Source of the DNA: Lingula anatina
Taxonomy: Eukaryota > Animalia > Brachiopoda
Direction: 5' to 3'
Length of the DNA: 64,000 nucleotides
NCBI GenBank assembly: GCA_051362555.1
Contig: CM120642.1
Coordinates: 2,976,001 to 3,040,000, forward strand
Part shown: one piece after another, positions 50,969 through 63,382 of the stretch
Position numbering within the stretch: position 1 is the first letter of the stretch
Layout: every line of letters starts with the position of its first letter
The notes under the pieces: generated by a model
Database searches by the model: none
What the model saw: only the letters and a program-made list of their open reading frames with translations
Told to the model about the DNA's origin: nothing
Made by a program: the position numbers and the translations under genes

Positions 50969-53900
50969 AACATATCTGATATTAAGATCTAGCAGTATGC
51001 TCATTGCATGATCAAAATGAATTACCTTCATTCTAAGCACATATGTGAGCTTCAGCTGCGCTTACGGAAAACTTCATTCACTGCACTCGCTTAAAATGAA
51101 AGATTTTTGTCACTGTGGCCAATAGCTTTCATGTTTGATCATTTTTCATTTTCACCAAGTCCGTGCCTGCTGGACATATCACTCCCTGCTTACTATATGC
51201 ACCAGTCATTTCGTGCATTCTCCCAAGCATCGCCACACATTAATGCATACAACCACCAATCTATAAATAATCGAGGTAACTACTTGTCATTATATTTTTC
51301 ATTGGAGATAATCTTGCGAATCACTGCCTATATTCTGATTGAAAAATACACAATTTGAAATATGTTTTGACAAAATGCTACATGGTCAAAATCATTTACT
51401 GTTTAAGGACGAAAATGGTGAAATATAATGATAAAAGTAATTCCAAGTACTTTTAATGCCATAGACTGAATTGAAGGAGCAAGACTAAGTTCAGGCACCT
51501 TTCAGGGCCTTATGAATCCTGGGACAAACTAAAATTAATGCAGTCCACTGACTGTGTCAAGTGTGAAGGCTTTATCTTGGTAACTCTCTACAAGTTGCCA
51601 ATCTCTCAAATGCTTTCATACAGTAAAGTGTAGGGTAGCATGTGAAAGTGCCTAACAGTCAAAACGTCTACTCAAAATCAAACCAGTGCGAAATTTTAGG
51701 CTACCTTAACATGGCCCATATGTTCTACAGCATGGCAAAAATAATGCTAAAAACAACATACACCTGGTATTTGACTTACTTTATGTCTGACTACATACAT
51801 CTTACATATAATCTCTTATAACAGTGAAATCCAGCATCGATCAATAAAAAGAGCCAGTTAACACTAAAAATGATGACTGTTTACGTATAAATTATTGGGC
51901 ATCACGATGAAAAGCCATCAGAAACATGAAAAAGCACATATATCAAATTGCAGTGAGTTATAACAGTAGCAGCTAAGGTATCATATCTTCTGGGGATTAT
52001 ATATCCCTTCAGTTAAAACTACATCTTACAGGACCAGTTCATCATAGACTGCATTAAGCAACTAAATTGGAAAGGCTAAACTACCAGACTATACAGTTTT
52101 TGTCTGTTCAGTAAAACAACCACAAATGTTACAAAGAAATATATTTTTAATCATTCCGAAATTATACATCTGAGAGATAAACAACTTTTCCCCATTAAAA
52201 AGATCATTACCGTGGACATGCAGTGACTGATGGTTATTCTGCCTACCCCTGTAAAGATGATAATTAAAGAAAGGAATATGGATCCATGGTATAATTTGCA
52301 TTTGTCTTCCATTTCATCTTAGTTTCTAATTAAGGTAATACAAATGACATTTGAAGAATAATAAATACCTGATTCAGAATTTAAAAAAATATGGTTTAAG
52401 CTGGATGTCAGGTGGACATTTTTTTTCATTGACAAGATTACAACAGTACTAAATGCTGTACTATTTATGACAACTACTCGTCTTTGTAAATTATTGTCAT
52501 CAAAATTTGCTAAAGTCCATTTCTTATATAGAACTTCAAGAACTACAGATGATGGTAATATGATAAGACAAACTGAGTAAATGCCATTATGATGCAATTT
52601 TCTGTACGTAATTGAAAATATTTGGCAACATTTTTCAATTTCCCTTGAAAGGAAGGACTTGTGAAAACTGTTCCCATTTCCCAGAGAGGCTACCACTCAG
52701 TAGGAATGTTCTTACTTGAAGAATTTATGAGCCAAAAAATGCAGTATCTTCAAAATCCAGTTTTCCACATTGATCAGATTGTGACTTTACCATAACTGTA
52801 TCGCATTCTGATCAATTCAGGACCAACAGCATGGCAGTTTATGTGAACTCACAAAGCACCAAAAGGGTAGAAGTATTGGCAAGTGATCGTTCATAGAAAT
52901 TAGACAATTTGAAGAGCACTTCCCATGAAAATACTGCTAATGCTGTGTTGGCTTTCACTTCATTACTCAGATTAATAGCCTCATGTAGAGTCACAAATGG
53001 ACATCATTTTTCATGAAAGCCATGCCCTGTGTCTGCCCTAGCATTCATACCGACAGCTACTGTGTGAAAAAAATGTCTGAGATACTCAAGTGTTTGTTAT
53101 TGTGCAGTGAAAGCACTGACTATATTACAATAATTATTATACATCTCTAGAGCGTTTTTGATTACTATGATAGATATGTTATGAATTGAAGTGGGAGGAT
53201 GGCACACAGCATGTTTTCTCTTCCACTAGATTTTGAAGAGGGGGAGGTCATTTCTGACTGAAAAAAATGGGACTCAGTCCAGTATATAAGTCATAAGAAA
53301 GTGGGCCCCTTTTTCATACAAAGGAGGTGAACACCCTGCCCCCTTCAAAAGTTGTAAATGAAGATGTCATATCATAACAAAAATTGTACAATGGCAATAC
53401 AGGTTGTGTCTGCCATACACAGAAGAAAAAAAATAGAACATATCAGCAACCTGCTAGTCTATTTATCCCTTACTCAGAAAAGAAAAAAAAACATCATAAT
53501 TACACTAGAATTATAGTTCCATCAAGAATTACTGGTGTCAAATGCTTGACACAGATGTCTTTGGAGAAAGGTCTTTAAGACCGCGTGTTTGATTCAATGC
53601 AGAGGCAATTATGAGAAACAGTATGTTCAATGAACTGTCAGTTCATTCTCTTATGTTCACTCATCAGTTTACAGTGAGCTGCGTATTTATTTAGCGCACA
53701 GTTCTACTTCTTGTCGTGCGACTGCATTGTCAGGTATTGTTCAGCCCACATGATGTCAATTGATTGGACAAATATACAGCTCGGACCATTTATAACGCGT
53801 CTTTTCATTCAAATGATGTCAGCAGAAGCTTAAATTGATTTTTTTTCTTAGTGAACAAAACCACTGGGAGCCCACACGAAGTGTCCAGTAACAATGTTTA

Positions 53901-54056
53901 ATAGAAGCCATAGAATTGTGAGCAACAATACTTTAATATGTACTAATATTTTAAATGGTACTCCATGCACTTGCATATCATCAGTGGCTTCTTAGTACTG
54001 TGGGCAGAAATAACCTTGCTGCATGGTAGGTAAATGTGTCTTTAAGGTTGACTTGA

Positions 54057-54269
54057 TTAATTAATAATTGCACAGACAATGTTTTTCTATCGTCAAAATT
54101 TTCAGCTCTACTTAAGAGCCATCCTCAGAACAAACTGGTCATGCGCTGATGATCTAGCGCTGAGATGTATTCATTGACCAGTTATTCTATGAATGTCCCC
54201 TACACCCCCCCCAGGGTAGAGCCAAAAATTTGATGGTAGGAAAGCATTGTCTGTGCAATTATTAATTAA
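54057..54269. mobile_element. MITE with ~50-bp TIRs and TTAA ends
   Basis: ttaattaataattgcacagacaatg…gctcta / tagagc…cattgtctgtgcaattattaattaa. Confidence 0.75.
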
Positions 54270-54851
54270 ACAATTCATGTATATCTACCAGACTAATGAA
54301 CTTTTTTAAAGTACTTTTTAAGGTTGTACAAGTAATACTAGGAACTGGTTCTGTGAAAAACTGCTTTTTGTAAGAAGTCGTCATAAATAAGCTCACTTGT
54401 CGGTAACAATTGTTCAAAGGGTGGTGTCATGTACCAGAAAGTCCCCCGTGACAGAGAGTCCGCTTCCCATTACTTTGTACAGGTGAGCCTCGCTCTAGAT
54501 TGTGACCCACTTAGGTCAAACTAACCCTAACCATTATAACTATATGGAGGGCGGAATTTCTGTCTCAAGGACCCTCAGTTTTGTGACACCGGTGTAACAA
54601 GAATAGAAGTCCAAGGAATGGTGACAGTGGTCTAACTGAACATAGATAACCCAGACATATCTTTTAACTTTAGTTGATGGCAAATTTTTGTTTATTTCAT
54701 TTCAATTCCACTTTTTCTTTAATGATGATACCGGTGGCATACAAGCATTTTGCAAATATAAATTAAGTGGAGGTGTCTTTCTGGTGTCTTAAGGGGCATG
54801 TAGCTTGCCAGTGCATCCTTTGTAATTATCAAAACTGCACTGTCCATCTTA

Positions 54852-55103
54852 GGCTTCGTTCACATGCAATGTCTATTTTCTATTTTCTATTTTCGGTATG
54901 TCTTATGATCACGGTCTGTGCACTGAATATCCCGCGGCGTAATTACTGGCAGCGCGAGCCAGTTACTATAAGTTACTATAAGTAACTGGCTCGCGCTGCC
55001 AGTAATTACGCGGCGGGATATTCAGTGCACAGACCGTGATCATAAGACATACCGAAAATAGAAAATAGAAAATAGAAAATAGACATTGCATGTGAACGAA
55101 GCC
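54852..55103. mobile_element. Young PIF/Harbinger-type foldback MITE, near-perfect 252-bp palindrome
   Basis: GGCTTCGTTCACATGCAATG…CATTGCATGTGAACGAAGCC flanked by a TTA/TTA TSD; arms pair almost to the centre. Confidence 0.92.
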
Positions 55104-56276
55104 TTACCCTACATTTGCATGAAAATCATCAACCCATCTGATGAGGTGTCCGTCCACTGTCACCAATGGCTAGACACCATGTTATTCTTTAAATCATTAC
55201 CTTGAACATGCTGCCCTTAATCATGAAATGTCTGTAACACAATCCATTCATTATTCATAAAATTCTAGGGAAAAATGTTATTCTTTCAAATAACAAGGAC
55301 TTTATCAACCACAAAAGCCACAAAGTGCATGGCTGCTGCCTATCATGATGATTGAACTGGATACATTTTCTCTGAATCCATTTAACTAACTGGTCTGTTG
55401 TGGTACAGTATTAAATTTTAAAAGATAAAATATAGATCCTGTTATTAAACCATTTCTCTGTATTGTAGGAAAAATTGAGTAGATATGGTATAATTTAATG
55501 GGGAATAACAATGCCAAGAAAAAGTACTCTCCAAAAAAAAAAAAAAAAAAAAAAAACTCTACTGTTTAGCTTGCCATGCAGTGTTTTATTGTAGACCTTG
55601 TTAGACCATTAGATAATAAAGATTTTACGTAGGCAGCTTTAGTGGAAAATCTTTTTCATATCTATTTTCATGAGTCTTTTTTGCACTCAAGGACATAAAG
55701 AAGGACAAAATGAAGCACTGTGCATAACAAAACAGATGGATTATTTGGGAGATGGTAAAGTTTTCATTAATTTTCTAAATATTCATAGAAAGAAGGAATA
55801 AAAGGATTTTGAAAAAAAAAAAGAAAAAGATAAGCAAGCCACAACTCTGAAGGTCTTCTCTCTTACTAAAATTCACTGGAACTGACTCAAAACTATGAAA
55901 GGTGGTCCCTCAAAATTTCACCCCAAAATGATCATACATGTATAGACCAAATACAGAATGACAAAACACATTTGTAAATAAAGGTCAAACTAATCTTCCT
56001 TCCTACTTGACAAGCAGCATGAAAAGTTTATTTATGTAATATGTGATACATACGTAGGAGATGGCGTCACAGATGTAATAAAGTACACAGCAAGAGGTCA
56101 AACAATTATCTTACCCAGGCTAAAACTTGTTTTTGTGTTGGTGCAATCACTGTATTGAGGCTAAGGGCTAGACTCCGGATTTTCGCCCATCAGTACAAAA
56201 AAAAAAAAAAAAAGGGGGAGGGGACGTATTCTTATTCTGAGTCCCAGTAAGGCCTATGTCTTTAGTATATAAATAT

Positions 56277-56460
56277 GGCCACATTCAGAACAGTGGACAG
56301 ACTAGTCCGCATATTAAATATGGTGACCCACTTAAAAGCTTGCTATCTTATCCCCTAATAGACAATAAATAGAATCTCAAGGGGATTATGCAACAAGCAT
56401 TTGAATGGGTCTGCCATATTTGATCCATGGACTAGTTAGTCTGCTGTTTGGAATGCAGCC
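56277..56460. mobile_element. PIF/Harbinger-like MITE, family A copy 2
   Basis: GGCCACATTCAGAAC…GAATGCAGCC, flanks TAT/TAA; internal blocks shared with 43977-44176. Confidence 0.72.
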
Positions 56461-56935
56461 TAAGTGTGATGGCCTTCTCAATCTGGTAGTTTTTTTTTGT
56501 GCTATCACACCTTATACAGCAACAAGACCTTTTTTCCATATGAACATACTGTAGAGGAGAGAAAAGACTTTCCGTATAAAGATGGCAAACGGTATTTCGA
56601 TAAATTATGTATTGATCATTATGAAGGCTAGGCATGGGACAATCATCTTGGATCAACAAAAAGGTCTGTACTTTACATACCTCTTAAGCAGGTTCCCCTA
56701 TGCTTTACTACACCCCCACCTCCCACAACCATAAAATACTAAGAACTTATATGCTCATCCTTCAATAAAGCTTCAAAGCTCCTGTAATTTTTTTCACAGA
56801 AAAATGTTCATCACAGACCGACCACACAAAACCCATAGGGATGACACAGACGAAGGAGGTGACAGACAAAATGAGCAGATACCTGTATATTAAATAAAAT
56901 ATCAGTTAAAGCCACAGAGACCACAGCGTTGCAGA

Positions 56936-57420
56936 TAATTGCACCCTCGAGATTTACTGTCAGCTCTTCCATAAGCCTAGATGAACATTATATGCAGTTA
57001 TATATGACCAAAGAATCCATCCTAGTTCAAGGCATAAAGAACTTTAATTTTTAATTGCACCTTCGAAATTTATTGTCAGTTCTTCCATAAAGCTAGCTGA
57101 ACAATATATGCTGCAGTTATATGTATTCCATCTTAGTTTGAGGCTTAAAATTTTTTAATCCCCCTCCACCCGCGGGATTTAATGCCAAAATTATATTTAA
57201 GTCGTAAACTAATTTCATTTCTCCAACGGGAAATGTGGAGATATTTTCCAAGTACTTATGATTGCCACTCTGGTGGGTGGGTAAGGTCCTTGCCTCTTTC
57301 CTGAAACTCTTTCACCCAAAAACTAGATCAAAACATCTTTGTCAAGGTGAACATTTCATGAAATTCACAGTTCAGTATGTTTAGATTGTATAGTGACTCG
57401 ACCCCATAAAATGTCTAGTT
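56936..57420 (+). mobile_element. Helentron-like remnant with two ~117-bp internal repeats
   Basis: taattgcacc.tcga.attta.tgtcag.tcttccataa at 56936 and 57053; ends tatagtgactcgacccc…ctagtt. Confidence 0.45.
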
Positions 57421-57422
57421 AG

Positions 57423-57426
<4 letters not shown>

Positions 57427-57466
<40 letters not shown>

Positions 57467-57480
57467 AGAGAGAGAGAGAG
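57427..57480 (+). repeat. Compound (TG)n/(AG)n microsatellite
   Basis: Seen directly. Confidence 0.95.
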
Positions 57481-58411
57481 AAAGAAAGAAAAGAAACCAG
57501 ACTTAAGCATCTTTTTATCTGTAAACCACACAATTTGACTGATGTCTAAAGCAAACAGCTACATTGTAAAAATAGACACACCTTCAGATTTCCAGTCTTT
57601 GATGGTTTACAGCCCACACATTTATTCTTACGACACTTAGGAGTGCAATATTGGTCTTCTGTTATATATCCATCAATAATAAAGACTGTACATAGAGAGT
57701 TTATGATGAAATAATGAAGAACGCGGGTCATGCAGTTATACAAGGCCAAACATTGCTGTCACACTAAGTATTGAATGTCACTGAAGATAGTAATAGTTTA
57801 TGTACAGTACATGGTTTTTGGCTGAATTTTTTTTGCAAAAAATCATAAGACTGCCTATGTGTGTGTTTACGTGTGCGCGTGCATGCCTGAGTGTGCATGA
57901 GTGTGTATGTGTGTGCATAGATCCTGTGGATACTTAAGTTGTACTGTAACACTATTGGTGACTTGGACCTGCACATTTGTGACTGTGATCGCTGAATCTA
58001 TGACTTTTACTATTATTTCATGGTACAATTGTTAAATACTTGTTGCAAGAACTGCATTTATTTTATAAATTGTGAATAATGCCTATCCTCTTTACTGGGC
58101 TTAGATACAGACATTTGGAATCTGTTGTGATCTTTTTTTCCTCCAATATTTGTACTTAGGAATCTCCAGAAGCTATAATGAGCAGTTCCTTGTATCTTCT
58201 GCCATACTGAACAGTTTTCAGTAGAAAAAATGTATGTAAATAGTGAAAGACCTGCAAGAAAACCTGCCAAATTGTTCATAATTTAAAATGCTCACAACAA
58301 GTATTTTCACAATAACACCTGACTGTGGTTTCAGTTTTTAATTCAGCAATCACAATCACAAACATGTGGCTACAGTCATAAACTGTTACAGTAATTAATG
58401 TTCTTGATGCC

Positions 58412-58414
<3 letters not shown>

Positions 58415-58470
<56 letters not shown>
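58415..58470 (+). repeat. (AT)n microsatellite
   Basis: About 28 AT units. Confidence 0.97.
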
Positions 58471-58473
<3 letters not shown>

Positions 58474-58962
58474 ACCAGACTGCAGGTTCTCTCCCTCTTA
58501 TCCTCTATGAACTCCATATCAATTATAGTGTGCTAGCCGAACTATAGTATAGGATACTCAGTGTTAGCTTGCCAATGAAATTTTAGGCTTTTTGTTTAGT
58601 TATCATCAAATGCTGTCAACTCTTAAAAAGCCATTTTGGAGATAAATTTAAGCCCCTTGCTATGGGTGTGTAAAATCTCATTATATTAACCACATACTTT
58701 TGTTAAAGTAATGCCAAGCTTCCAAACAATAGCAACCAAGTAAATCCATACTTCACCGAGTGATTTCAAAGGCTAAATCATTCTTAGATAACGATTACAA
58801 GTGATAGTATTACTCAGATTTGCAACAAAAATAGCAACCACATAAATCCATAATTTTCCTGCGCTTAACACACTATAGGTATTAAGAATAACAATTAGAT
58901 CGAAATTAATAACTGGATGACATTCTGCTTATTAACTTCCCTTTCTGGTGCTATTTTGACAG

Positions 58963-59007
58963 GTACGGTACGGCCCATGGACTTTTGGCTAAGAAGAAAG
59001 GTGACAG
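58963..59007 (+). other. Candidate 45-nt upstream (5' UTR) exon of the 60539 gene
   Basis: cttccctttctggtgctattttgacag| … gacag|gtaatt. Confidence 0.3.
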
Positions 59008-60538
59008 GTAATTGATTTCAAGACCCCAACACAAGGATAACTTTTATTATGCAAACCACATTCATCCTAATATCAAGCTAAGCATATTGTAACAGTGTAT
59101 GACACATGCGTCTGGCGGTGACAATGGAGAGAGAGCTGTGATGACATTTAGCCGCTGGCAACCTACACGTAAGCCCAGGCAGTTTATGTTATGTTATTGC
59201 TTATGGGGATATTAATACATGGGATTCAGTGCTGCAACAATTATTAGAAAATATGAAATATTTCATATATTGCAAAGAGTTTTATTGATCATACCAGGAT
59301 ACAATTAGTGCTTAGGAAGAAGACAGAAATCACCTGTGCAAAGGAAAACATGAGGAATGGGACCAACTTGACAACAATGGTGCACTGACTTCAACACCTG
59401 AACTGCAATGTCTGACAGTGTACAAAAAGTGAATATGTATGTAAAAAATGTACATCTATTCCATAAATACATCATGTTTTTCTGAGAGGGTTCATCATAA
59501 GTCAGTGAACTAGGAATGATACTGACGATCAAGCTGAGAAAATGTTGTGGAAAGCCATGGACTGTTAAATCTGACCAGTTTGAGAGCTGTTCTTGGTTAA
59601 TTCTTGCTTTGTAAAGCTACATAATAACAACTGCTCTGCAGATATTGAAAGGAAAAAAAAAAGAAAGCATCAAGCATCAGAGGAGTTCAGTTGTTTTTAC
59701 ACATGGCACAACCAGATACACATCCCTACTGCGTTATCTTAAACGGTGAAAAAGTCACTACAGCCACATCTGAATGGCAGTTGTGAAAACCAACTAAGAG
59801 CAGCTGCAGGCTAAGCAAAGTTCCAGAGCAATCGCAGTGCTTTCTAATGTATCAAGAAACAATGACAGGCAACTGGAGATTTAATATCTATCGAAATACT
59901 ACGATCATCAGTTACTGAGAAGGTCCTCATGATGACATTGGCAAGAAAATTCTGAAAAGAACTTTGGAAATGGTTGTGTAATAATCAACATATGAGTAAC
60001 TACAATAGCAAAGAAATCTTGCAAACATATGTACAGAGTAGCCAGCAGGAACAGTTCAAGCAGTACAAAATTCTAGGAAACGTCACTCTGATGTTGTTTT
60101 AACAAGTGGCAAATTCTGGGAACTGGTGCATTCATGATCTGGGAGCTACTCTGCCAACACCTTGGAGGCACCTCTAGCCACCATAAGGGAGGAGCGGAAA
60201 AAGAAAGAATTCATCAATTAGTCTTTTTTATTGGCCATGGCTGCTAGCTAAAGCAATGTGGAAATTAAGAGAGGAACACTCAATTTTTTAATACAAAAGA
60301 AAACATCAGAGAGTCATTCAAAAGTGGCCTTTCAAAAAAGATCTGTTGAAATCCTTGCTATACATATTGGCCACTAAAAAGCAACCTGGAGTCAAATGTA
60401 ATGAAAAATCAAGGATAACGATTATAAAGGATTACGCTCTATTCAAAAATATACTTACACAGATGTTTTTAATGTATGCATTACTTTGCTATGCCATGGA
60501 CCTTAGGTAGTCCTTAGGGGTACTGTAGCTTATTCATA

Positions 60539-62077
60539 ATGGGCATCCTGAGAGAGGGTGCGAACGGTGCAAACACCATGGAAATGGTCATGGAACAGGC
60601 CATTAACTTATCATCCACCAATAAGGACAGGTATAATACGTTCCCTAAGAGGCCTTTGACTGCCCTGAACATGATTAGCAGTGATAATGACACTTGGATT
60701 GTGGAGCATGCAAACTTTCAGTACAGAGTGCCTTCAGAGCGGGAGAGTGGGTTCCACATCCACTCGGCACAGAAGACCAAAAGCAAGGTGGAACATATGT
60801 ATGAGAGCTACGACCCTTGGGTCGGGATTCAGACAGCGATAAGCCTTGGGAGCATGCTTCTAGTTTTCACTCTCTATCTCTTATACAAACAAAAATGCAG
60901 TGGTAGATGCAAGTGTGTTGGAGGAGTTTCTCAAATGGAGGTTGAACGTCAAAGACGGATGCAATCGTCTTTAAAGGCAATTCCTACTGAAGACAGGGAA
61001 AAGTTACTCCATCCCACCTTGTCCCGCCAGTCTGCTGCTGCCACCTGTGGGTGTTGTTCAGAATCGAAATACTCACAATGTATTAAGAATGCTAATCAAG
61101 GAAAAAGAACCAACCCACTGAATTTGTATATAGAGAAACCAAACATAGAACCTCAGGGGGAATGGAACTGTGCTTACGATGCAACAGCTCAATGGATAGA
61201 AAACCAGCCATTTGATTCTCAGAGTATTTGCAGTATGAATTTATCATTCGGCAAACCATCGCCTGGATATAGTCCTGTTGATGTGTTTCAATATAAAAGT
61301 CCTTCACCAAGTGCAAGTAGGATTATTCACACGCAATCAGAAGATCACTTTTGTGAAAAGACACACTTGGAGTTATATCCTTTACCTCGACCTCGACCGC
61401 GGACACCTCTTGTGCGTCAAGCGCGCTGCAGTTTCAGTACAGATTCAGAGGGATCTGAATTCCCCAAATCGCCCTGTCACCTACACATGGCAAGGGCAAT
61501 GCCTTTAAATATCAGCAAATCAAATTTTAGCTTTAGCACAGATTCTGAAGGGTCACTGCCAAGGTCACCCTGTACTCTTCAACTTCCTAGATTTAAGACG
61601 ATAAGTAAATCAAATTTCAGCTGTGATAGCACAGAATCAGAACTTTCAGTCCCAAGGTCACCAAGGACACCAAATTCATTAGGGTCGCCAAGGTCCCCTT
61701 GTTTTCTGCAAGTTCCAGGTGTACACAAATCTAACCTCAGTTTGAGATCTGACTCTGAATGTTCGGCACCTCGATCCTCGTGCTATCTTCAAGTTATGAG
61801 GACTGTGCCGCGTTCCCATTCTCCATCTGTGAGCAGCATACTGAGCCAGATAAGCGAACTTCAAGACGGAGCCATGTGGAATAACGCCCCATTACCCAGC
61901 ATTCAAATCAGCTGTCCGAGCCCAGACCCCCCTCCCAGTAGTATCAATGTTAATGATCCGTTACTTCAGATACATGTACCACAAGTGAATTTTCCCGATT
62001 CAAATTTGAATTTAAATTCCAGTAGTTTTAAGAGCAATCACGTAACAAAAGACAGCATAGAAGTTCACAAAGTATGA
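60539..62077 (+). CDS. Uncharacterised single-pass membrane protein (512 aa) with a Ser/Pro-rich repeated cytoplasmic tail; intronless CDS
   Basis: 1.5-kb ORF in AT-rich DNA; no signal peptide; one TM at about aa 95-116 (VGIQTAISLGSMLLVFTLYLLY) followed by KQKCSGRCKC; four internal SxFSxDSExSxP(R/K)SPCxLQ-like repeats. Confidence 0.9.
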   Translation: MGILREGANGANTMEMVMEQAINLSSTNKDRYNTFPKRPLTALNMISSDNDTWIVEHANFQYRVPSERESGFHIHSAQKTKSKVEHMYESYDPWVGIQTAISLGSMLLVFTLYLLYKQKCSGRCKCVGGVSQMEVERQRRMQSSLKAIPTEDREKLLHPTLSRQSAAATCGCCSESKYSQCIKNANQGKRTNPLNLYIEKPNIEPQGEWNCAYDATAQWIENQPFDSQSICSMNLSFGKPSPGYSPVDVFQYKSPSPSASRIIHTQSEDHFCEKTHLELYPLPRPRPRTPLVRQARCSFSTDSEGSEFPKSPCHLHMARAMPLNISKSNFSFSTDSEGSLPRSPCTLQLPRFKTISKSNFSCDSTESELSVPRSPRTPNSLGSPRSPCFLQVPGVHKSNLSLRSDSECSAPRSSCYLQVMRTVPRSHSPSVSSILSQISELQDGAMWNNAPLPSIQISCPSPDPPPSSINVNDPLLQIHVPQVNFPDSNLNLNSSSFKSNHVTKDSIEVHKV

Positions 62078-63065
62078 TGAATAGATTTCTTTTTTAACTG
62101 AGCAGCATTCTATTTATCTTCATAATTGAAATGATGATTCAGATTAAATAGGTATAATTCTCATTTTCTTCAATCTGAAGAAACTTAGAGAACCATTATG
62201 TTTTCATTCAGTTATCACCACTATTTTACAAGAAGTTAACTATAATAAAAAAATATTTACATTCAGTCCTTAGACAACACATGTCACCTTTTAACAGGTT
62301 GTCAAAATGTCATTTGTTTACATTAGTAATTGTAATAATTAAGATATATTAAAGTGATAATTTAATATTATAGTTCACACTGCAATGTATAAACACATGC
62401 TATGCACATGGCACTGTTTCAATTACTAAGAGGTTCTGAACAAGAAAAAAATGTGTTATTTTCTTTGAATAGAGAGACAAAAGTTGGTAGAAATTATTGA
62501 CAGATAGATGGATGCCTTTAATTTTGCTAAACAAGTTTTTAGGATGCATATTCATTCTTTTTCATGCTGAGAAATTTTGTTGAGCATGATTTCAATAATA
62601 TATGATTTTGATATAATTATTCTTTTTATTGAAAAAATGTGTACTGTAATAACAATTGGTTGGATGAATTGGCTTTGTCATGCCTTTGGGAAAAAACGTA
62701 TATGCAAGAACAAAGACAAAAATTGACAGTTTATATCATACATTTCAAAATATATAATAAGCCAGTGAAACTGCATTTGTAACAGTTGATGTCTGTTTTA
62801 AACATAACAGGCAGTTGAAGCATTACACTAACTTAGAATATTACATCCAGTTTATTGTGAACCAAAGCATTTTTGAGAACTGATTTGACTCGTGCACAAT
62901 TCCGTAGTTTGTACTTCAAGATACTCCGACCATTTCAAATTCATATGAAGTTGTCAACAGAGATAATATAAAAGATTTCTATTACCATTATGGAATATTT
63001 TCTGGAAAATTTAGAGTTTGGCATTTCAATTGGATTTCTGTTATTGGAAATGTCTAAATGAAATT

Positions 63066-63382
63066 CAGGCCTACCCAACTACCCGACTCGGCACCAAATG
63101 ATTCTGAATTCACCGGTAGATCGGACCACACTACCCATTTTCAAGGTGTGTATCAGTACGCATTTCACAGTATCAGACGCGACACCGCTCTTGCCTAGTA
63201 CGCGATGTGATAGTGACGATTCTCAGCGGGGTTGAAAAGTATTGCATCACCACTCAAAATTTGTTCAGGGTATGATACTGTGAAATGCGATCTGACACAC
63301 ACCTTGAAAAAGGGTAGTGTGGTCCGATCTACCGGTGAATTCGGGATCATTCGGTGCCGAGTCTGGTAGTTGGGTAGGCCTG
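63066..63382. mobile_element. MITE with ~110-bp TIRs and a 5-bp TSD (unclassified DNA transposon)
   Basis: CAGGCCTACCCAACTACC…GGTAGTTGGGTAGGCCTG; aaatt on both sides (63061-63065, 63383-63387). Confidence 0.88.

Noticed and set aside
35842-59532. Numerous 60-135-aa ORFs in the ORF track
   Set aside because: AT-rich codon composition (F/I/L/K/N), no recognisable domains and no phase-consistent exon chains; expected by chance.
58977-59745. Short spliced ORF MDFWLRRKVT… joined to an acceptor at 59641
   Set aside because: Stops after about 33 more codons and runs through a poly-A tract; at most a uORF.
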